A stretch of DNA of 64,000 nt from Porphyridium purpureum. Its lineage: Eukaryota. The position numbers and the translations under genes were made by a program. The notes beneath the pieces are model-generated. The model was not told the DNA's origin and did no database searches. It was given only the letters and a program-made list of their open reading frames with translations. The stretch is from positions 1,302,001 through 1,366,000 of the forward strand of contig VRMN01000004.1 of assembly GCA_008690995.1 (NCBI GenBank), read 5' to 3'. Below are positions 60,922 through 64,000 of this stretch, in pieces. Position 1 is the first letter of the stretch, and each line of letters begins with the position of its first letter.

Positions 60922-63900
60922 TATTAAAAGGTCTGATGTATCGGGGAGTCTTTGTGACTTGTCACTAACGCAGTTGCGTGTCCCCTTCGTCGCCCTTGCA
61001 ACTAACCTTACCTTCGTCATCCGGGGACTCCGAGCCTCGGCCATCGCTAAGCTCTTCATATAGGCAATCGTAGTGCTTTCACTAGTGAGATTGCCAACTG
61101 TACCTCCAGGGCAAAAACCCTTATTTACTATAAGTTGGAGAAATACAGAAAGTTGGAGAAATACAGAAAGTTGGAGCTGAAACATTCCCCATGGTATTAC
61201 TACTTTACCTGGGGAGGGAATCTACCGAAACCCTGGATTCATAACACTCCCACGCAGCGACAACTTTTCGTCATGCCTTCCACCTCTATCTCGAATTTTC
61301 AAGACAAGCAACACCCAATAAGGTTTTGCATTTCAAAAACATTTCTCGAGGAACCACTTTGGTTAGGAAATCTGCTGCCTGATCTGATGTGCGAATGTAA
61401 ATAGCCTTGACTATTCCCCGTTGCTGACATTCGCGAGCATAGTGCTTTCTCACGTCAATGTGCTTCGACCTTTCGTGCACAATCGGGTTCTCACTCAGTT
61501 TCAGTGCAGCATCATTGTCACAAAACATTGGAATCGATTTCGACTTGAATCCTAGGAATTCCATGAGATATTGAAACCACTGGGCTTCTTTACATGCATC
61601 CGAGAGAGCCATGTACTCTGCTTCGGTTGTGGACAGCGCCACAGTTGGTTGTAGCCTGGATTTCCAGGAGACAACTGATCCATTGATCGTGAAAGCATAT
61701 CCGGTGGTTGACCTTCGCGTTCGAAGATCACTAGCATAGTCTGAATCAACGTAACCAATTAGGTCGGAGTTGCCATTTGAGCTAAATTGGAGACCATAAT
61801 TTATGGTTCCTTTAAGATATCGCAGCACTCCCTTTGCCGCATTCCAATGGGATTCATTGGCATTTGCCATTGATCGTGCAAGCACTCCCACGGCGAAGGA
61901 AATATCCGGACGCGTGCAAGTGCACAAATACATTAGTGCTCCCACGAGTTCCATGTAAGGCATCTTGCATGGTTCTGCAGTAGCAGTATACCACTTCGTA
62001 TCCTTTTCCATGGGAAGCTTCCTTGGATTCGCCGATTCCATTCCGAACCTTTCCAGGATGGTTTGGACATACAAGCTTTGATTAAGTCTGATAATGCCAT
62101 TCCTTTGATCATAATCAAGAGTGTAGCCGGCAAATTTTTGCTTGACCACTTGCCCAAGATCCCTGACTTCAAACTTGCCTTGCAAATGCAGAAGCACTTC
62201 ATTTGAAGTAACTTCGTCTTCACCTATGAAGACCAAGTCATCGACGTAAATCATGATATACGGACCATTTGGACCCTTAGAAAACAGACAAGGATCTGCC
62301 GTACTTTCGGAAAAATTGATTTCTTTAAGTGCTTGCACAAGAACTTGATTCCAAGCTCGAGATGCCTGCTTCAATCCATAGATTGCTTTACGCAGTTTCA
62401 GGACTTTTCCTCCTTCATGTACGAATCCAGGAGGCTGTTCCATGAAAATTTCTTCATGAAGTTCTCCATTGAGAAACGCAGTCACCACATCGAAAAGTCG
62501 AATTTTCAACTTTCTTGCAGCTGCTACTGCCAGGACCGTTCGAATAGTGTTGTGTCGCACAACAGGGCTGAACACTTCGTCGTAGTCCAAACCAGGTTTC
62601 TGAGTGAAACCTTTTGCGACAAGTCGACACTTGAACCGATCAATTTGTCCGTTGACATTATATTTGATCTTAAAAACCCATTTGCATCTGACAGGAATTC
62701 GGTCCTGTGGACGATCGACGAGCTCCCACGTGCAGTTGCCAGTGAGAGATTCCAATTCTCTATTCAGAGCTTCCAGCCATTGCTCAGAGAAGTCACCCTT
62801 TAGTGCTTCTTCGACTGACCGAGGTTCAGAAACGGTGGAAATTATTCCAACGAATTGATTTGCGACATATCCACTGTCTTGACTTTCGTCATCCTCAGTA
62901 TTCCCAAAGTTTCCATTTGGAGCTTTTTGGAACCCTAAATCTTTCGAATTATTCTGAACTTTTTCCAGAAACGTTTCTCCGATTTCATTTGAAATAGAAT
63001 ATTCCTGACTGCGATCATCCATTTGTCGAGTGGAATCTGTTTCAAAATTTTTTGACGCGATTTGAGACTTTTCATCAAACGACTTCGAGAAATCTTTTGG
63101 AAACAACTCTTCGACAATTTTATCGAAGTTGGAAAAATATTCCGAATCGTGGATTTCATGTTCATGAACATCTATTCCAACGACAGACTCATCGAAAGTG
63201 ACATTTCGACTTTCAACGACCGTGCCATCCGATAGAAGAATGCGATAAACGGAATGGACATTTCCATAACCGACCAAGCATCCAATTGCAGATCTTGTTT
63301 CTAGTTTTCCTCGCAATTGCTTAGGAATATGAACAAACGCTCTCGATCCGTAGATTCTGAGATTGCTGAGATCTGGCCTTTGCCTGAATGCAATTTCTAT
63401 CGGCGTTTTCCCGCGATTATTTGAAATGCGATTTCGCAAATAATTCGCAGTCAACAAAGCATTACTCCAATTTTCCAAAGGTAGATTACTATCAAACAAT
63501 AAGCTTCGAACCTTTTCGAGTAATGTCCGATTCATGCGTTCAGCCATACCATTAAGTTCTGGCGTGTAAGCAGAGGTATTTTCCCAAGTAATTCCAGAGT
63601 CTTGGAGATGCCTTTGCACATAAAGGCTTGCGAATTCGCCACCTTTGTCGGACCGAACTCTTTTTGCCTTTGCACCAAGAGTCGTTTCGAGATATTTAAG
63701 TGTGCGCAGTAACATTTCACCCGCTTCACTTTTTCGCTCGAGCAAGTGGACGACACTCAAACTTGAGCATTCGTCGACGACAACTAGAAAATATCGATGG
63801 TCGTCAAAACTCGAAGGAGTGAGTGGTCCGCATACATCAGTATGAAGGACTTCTCCCGGAACCGCCGAAATGGAATTCAATTTCCGCTTCTTAAAGGGAG

Positions 63901-64000
63901 TTCGTGTTCCCTTTGCCTTTTGGCAAATCACACAATGGTATTCATCCGGAACTTTTAAGTCCGCGGGAATTCCCTGTACACAATTTTGCGTATTTTTCAG
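60922..64000 (-). mobile_element. Ty1/Copia retrotransposon, 3' part (IN-RT-RH-PPT-3' LTR), continues beyond the window
   Basis: 3' LTR at 60922-61246, preceded on the minus strand by PPT-like GTGGGAG; intact pol frame. Confidence 0.95.
61286..64000 (-). CDS. Copia pol (integrase, RT, RNase H), 5' end outside the window
   Basis: RLVAKGFTQ, YGLKQASRAW, YVDD, YVDSDYA, TEAEYMAL and RSKHIDVR; no stops. Confidence 0.95.
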   Translation of the reverse strand: MKNTQNCVQGIPADLKVPDEYHCVICQKAKGTRTPFKKRKLNSISAVPGEVLHTDVCGPLTPSSFDDHRYFLVVVDECSSLSVVHLLERKSEAGEMLLRTLKYLETTLGAKAKRVRSDKGGEFASLYVQRHLQDSGITWENTSAYTPELNGMAERMNRTLLEKVRSLLFDSNLPLENWSNALLTANYLRNRISNNRGKTPIEIAFRQRPDLSNLRIYGSRAFVHIPKQLRGKLETRSAIGCLVGYGNVHSVYRILLSDGTVVESRNVTFDESVVGIDVHEHEIHDSEYFSNFDKIVEELFPKDFSKSFDEKSQIASKNFETDSTRQMDDRSQEYSISNEIGETFLEKVQNNSKDLGFQKAPNGNFGNTEDDESQDSGYVANQFVGIISTVSEPRSVEEALKGDFSEQWLEALNRELESLTGNCTWELVDRPQDRIPVRCKWVFKIKYNVNGQIDRFKCRLVAKGFTQKPGLDYDEVFSPVVRHNTIRTVLAVAAARKLKIRLFDVVTAFLNGELHEEIFMEQPPGFVHEGGKVLKLRKAIYGLKQASRAWNQVLVQALKEINFSESTADPCLFSKGPNGPYIMIYVDDLVFIGEDEVTSNEVLLHLQGKFEVRDLGQVVKQKFAGYTLDYDQRNGIIRLNQSLYVQTILERFGMESANPRKLPMEKDTKWYTATAEPCKMPYMELVGALMYLCTCTRPDISFAVGVLARSMANANESHWNAAKGVLRYLKGTINYGLQFSSNGNSDLIGYVDSDYASDLRTRRSTTGYAFTINGSVVSWKSRLQPTVALSTTEAEYMALSDACKEAQWFQYLMEFLGFKSKSIPMFCDNDAALKLSENPIVHERSKHIDVRKHYARECQQRGIVKAIYIRTSDQAADFLTKVVPREMFLKCKTLLGVACLENSR

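Overview
Eukaryotic nuclear DNA, gene-dense and almost intron-free. The gene set (MUT9/MLK-type CK1, KDO8P synthase, plastid-type 'xxFV' transit peptides, cyanobacterial-type membrane protein) suggests a unicellular red alga such as Porphyridium; this is inference only. Bases 1-48.9 kb hold about 23 housekeeping genes, many in divergent pairs: Nudix hydrolase, PT-repeat surface protein, condensin II H2, WD40, O-fucosyltransferase, CBP80, ferritin, MLK kinase, ATP-grasp ligase, UAP56, ATP synthase f, TruA, KdsA, metaxin, SEN2, VPS13, EVE, SUMO-like and a C2H2 factor. Bases 48.9-64 kb are a transposon nest: an intact-ORF Tc1 DD34E element, two decayed Copia pol relics, a solo LTR, and a young Copia inserted head-on into a near-identical copy of itself. 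The most striking unannotated signal is the only clear intron in the window, a 1458-nt intron in UAP56/SUB2. It contains a stop-bearing decoy copy of the exon-2 start with its own splice sites, four long-range complementary helices that cage this decoy (one forming a pseudoknot), and a ~170-nt AG-free zone behind a distant branch point. This is a candidate RNA-structure-gated poison-exon autoregulatory switch for a splicing helicase. A recurrent paired GTACAG(T) motif marks most upstream intergenic regions.
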